DNA of 64,000 nucleotides from the NCBI RefSeq assembly GCF_020745735.1, contig NC_083446.1:6558433-6622432 (forward strand), read 5' to 3'. Below the pieces are notes generated by a model, which was not told where the DNA came from, did no database searches, and saw only the letters and a program-made list of their open reading frames with translations. This document shows, piece after piece, positions 60,633 to 64,000 of this stretch. This DNA comes from Hemiscyllium ocellatum. Its lineage: Eukaryota. A program made the translations under genes and the position numbers. Every line of letters begins with the position of its first letter. The stretch's first letter is position 1.

Positions 60633-62060
60633 TTAGCGAGTTTTGAGAAGATTTGTAGTTCAGGTTGAGGTTTTAGATGCTGGTTTGTTCGCTGAGCTGA
60701 AAGGTTCATTTCCAGACATTTCTTTATCTTACTAGGTAACATCTTCAGTGGACCTCGTGTGAAGCAATGCTGAAAATTCCTGCTTTCGATTTACATGCAT
60801 GGGTTTCTTTGGGTTTGTGATGTCATTTCCTGTGGTGAAGTCACTTCCTGATCCTTTTCTCAGAGGGTGGCAGATGGTGTCCAACTTGTTGTATTTGTTG
60901 ATAGAGTTCTGGTTGGAATGCCATGATTCTAGGAATTCTCGTGCGTGTCTTTGTTTGGCTTGTCCTAGGATGAATGTATTGTTCCAGTCAAAGTGGTGTC
61001 CTTCCTCATCCATATGTGAGGATACTAGTGAGAGAGGGTCGTCATGTCTTTTTGTGGCTAGTTGGTGTTCATGTAACCTGATGGCTAGTTTTCTGCCTGT
61101 TTGTCCAATGTAGTGTTTGTTACAGTCCTTACATGGTATTTTGTAAATTACATTAGTTTTGCTCATTGTCTGTATAGGGTCTTTCAAGTTCATTAGCTGC
61201 TATTTTAGTGTGTTGGTGTGTATGTGGGCCACCATGATGCCAAGGGGTCTGAGTGGTCTGGCAGTCATTTCCGAGATGTCTTTGATATAGGGGAGAGTGG
61301 CTCGGTTTTCTGGCCGTGTTTTGTCTGCTTGTTTGGGTTTGTTGCTGAGAAATCTGCGGACTGTGTTCATTGGGTACCCATTCTTTTTGAATACATGGTA
61401 TAGGTGATTTTCCTCTGCTCTGGGTAGTTCTCTGTCCTGCAGTGTGTGATGGCTCATTGAAATAATGTTCTGATGCAGCTTCGTTTGTGGGCATTGGGAT
61501 GATTACTTCTGTAGTTCAATATTTGGTCTATATGTGTTGTTTTTCTGTAGACGCTGGTTTGAAGTTCCCCATTGGCTGTTCGCTCTACTGTGACATCTAG
61601 GAATGGCAGATTGTTGTTGTTTTCCTCCTGTTTAGTGAATTTTATGCCAGTAAGGGTATTATTGATGGTCTTGAAGGTTTCCTCTAACTTGTTTTGTTTA
61701 GTGATGACAAAAGTATAATCCACGTAGCGGACCCAGAGTTTGGGTTGGATGGTTGGCAGAGCTCTTTGCTCAAGTCTCTGCAGTACTGCCTCTGCTAAGA
61801 ACCCTGATATCGGAGATCCCATGGGTGTTCCATTTGTTTGTCTGTAAGTTTTGTTGTTGAAGGTGAAGTGGGTTGTAAGGCATAGGTCCACTAGCTTGAT
61901 GACATTCTCCTTGTTGATCAAGTTGGTGGTGTTTTGTGTATGTGTCTTTGGGTCTTCTAATAGTGTAGTCAGTGTTTCCTTGGTCGGGTTAATGTTGCCA
62001 GCTCTGCCAACCATCCAACCCAAACTCTGGGTCCGCTATGTGGATGACACCTTTATCATG
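60633..62060 (-). mobile_element. Penelope-like retroelement (RT + GIY-YIG) inserted into a V-SINE (60495-60632 and 62060-62105)
   Basis: QTNGTPMGSPIS, WVRYVDYTF, LPFLDV, VYRK; NVIYKIPCKDCNKHYIGQTGR; short inversion at the 5' end. Confidence 0.92.
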
Positions 62061-62607
62061 GGCTGAGTACCTTCTTTGTACAGTGTAGGGATTCTATGTT
62101 TCTATGATAATTCAACAAAAAATGAGAATTTATAAAATGGGAGCAGACTAGATAGGAATGTCCTCTTGAATGCAAATTTCTCCATTATAATGCATAAATG
62201 GACTAAATCATCAGAACCAATCATAAATACTGACATGGAAAAAAATGAAGTTGGTTACATTTTGAATGTTTTTGAAAGTGATCTGTTCAGGAAAGACTGT
62301 TTGAATCAAAAATGATAGGATTGAAAAGTGTAAATCTCTTCCAGTAGGATCATGGTGGTAAAGTCCTTGTAAGTATTTAGGAAACAATTTGGGTATTATC
62401 ATGAGAAAGCTGTAAACTTGTGGATCAATTATAAATGGAACATCCTTGTAAAGTGCAGTTTCTAACTTGACTGTGGAGAATATCTGTCGATTCACTTCAA
62501 TTTTATTTCAGTTAATTGCAGTGTCCCATAAACGGGAGGGTATTCCGAGTATATTGCTGAGTCTGCAATCTGTCCAATTGTCGTTTTCTCCCCTTATCCA
62601 TTTGTCA

Positions 62608-64000
62608 CAGAGTCATAGAAATGTACAGCACAGAAGCAGACCCTTCATTCCAACTCATCTCTGCTAACCAGATATCCTAAATTAATCTAGTCCCATTTGA
62701 CAGAACTTGGCCAATATACCTCTAAACCCTTCCTATTCATATACCCATCCAGATGCCTTTTAAATATTGTAATTGTACCAGGCTCCACCACTTCTTCTGG
62801 CAGCTCATTCCATACATGCACCACCCTCTGTATGAAAATGTTGCCCCTTAGTCCCTTTTAAATTTTCCCCTCTCACTGTAAACCTATACTCTCTAGTTTT
62901 GGACTCTCCTACCCTGGGAAAAGACCTTGTCTATTCACCCTATCTGTGCCCCTCATGATTTTGTACACTTCTATAAGGTCACCCCTCAGCCTGTGATGTT
63001 CCAGAGAAAATAGCCATGGCCTATTCAACCTCTCCCTATAGCTCAAATCCTCTAACCTTGACAACATTCTTGTAAAATGTTTTCTGAACCCTTTCAAGTT
63101 TCACAACATCCTTCCTATAGCAGGGAGACTAGAATTGAAAGCAGTATTCCAATGGTGGCCTCACCAATGTCTTGTACAGCTGCAATATGACCTCCCAACT
63201 CCTATACTCATTGCACTGACCAATAAAGGAAATCATACCAAATGCCTTCTTCACTATCCTACCTACTTGGCGAGTCCACTTTCAAGGAACTATGAATCTG
63301 CACTCCAAGGTCTCTTTGTTCAGCGACACTTCCCAGGACCTTACCATTATGTGTATAAGTCCTGCCTTGATTTTGTCTTTCCAAAATGTAGCACTTCGCA
63401 TTTATCTAAATTAAACTCCATCTGCCACTCCTCGGTCCATTGGCCCAGCTGATCAAGATCTCATTGTATTCTGAGGTAACCTTCTTCGCTGTCCACTACA
63501 TCTCTAATTTTGGTGTCATCTGCAAACTTTAACTGTGCCTCCTATGTTCACATCCAAATCATTTATATAAATGATGAAAAGCAGTGGACCAAGCACCGAT
63601 CCTTATGGCACACCACTGGTCACAGGCCTCCAGTCTGAAAAGCTATCCTCCACCACCACCCTCTGTCTTCTAACTTTGAGCCAGTTCTGTATCCAAATGG
63701 CTAGTTCTCCCTGTATACCATGAGATCTAACCTTGCTAACTAGCATACCATGAGGAATCTTCTCGAATGCTAAGTCCATATAGATCATGTCTACCGCTCT
63801 GCCCTCATCAATCCTCTTCATTACTTCTTCAAAAAACCCAATTAATTTTGTGAGATATAACTTCCCATGCACAAAGCCATGTTGACTATCCTTAGTCATT
63901 CATTGCCTTTCCAAATACATGTAAATCCTGTCCCTCAGGACTCCCTGCAACAACCTGCTGAGCACTGATGTCAGGCTCACTGGTCTATAGTTCCCTGGCT
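62608..64000 (-). mobile_element. CR1 LINE RT and 3' end, running off the right edge
   Basis: SQHGF...AFEKIPH...WRPVTSGVP, KFADDTK, HRLRGDLIEVYKIMRG, 3' UTR. Confidence 0.92.

Noticed and set aside
1-64000. CRISPR arrays, rRNA genes, prokaryotic operons or defence systems
   Set aside because: Eukaryotic intron-rich DNA; no regularly spaced repeats or rRNA-like sequence.

Overview
Repeat-rich vertebrate genomic DNA, most likely a shark or other cartilaginous fish (inferred from HE1/V-SINE-type SINEs, CR1 LINEs and Penelope elements). Most short ORFs in the supplied track are noise or transposon debris. The real genes are spliced and were assembled by hand from splice signals plus similarity to human proteins recalled from memory. 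Left to right: RCE1 exons 1-2 (-); an RPS7 processed pseudogene (+); a complete 16-exon TOP6BL/C11orf80 gene (-, about 640 aa, with the C-terminal REC114-binding WLQEVSNLSxW motif); a CpG-rich promoter; a GPR75-like GPCR with a single coding exon (-); and the first coding exon of an acylphosphatase, ACYP2-like (+). Highlights: (1) GPR75-like and ACYP-like genes sit next to TOP6BL-RCE1, suggesting whole-genome-duplication paralogues not present at the human 11q13 locus. (2) TOP6BL exon 9 appears to be flanked by a U12-type GT-AT intron and a GA-AG intron. (3) About ten minimal hammerhead ribozyme motifs occur in Penelope-derived, often palindromic, elements, one with an intact core.
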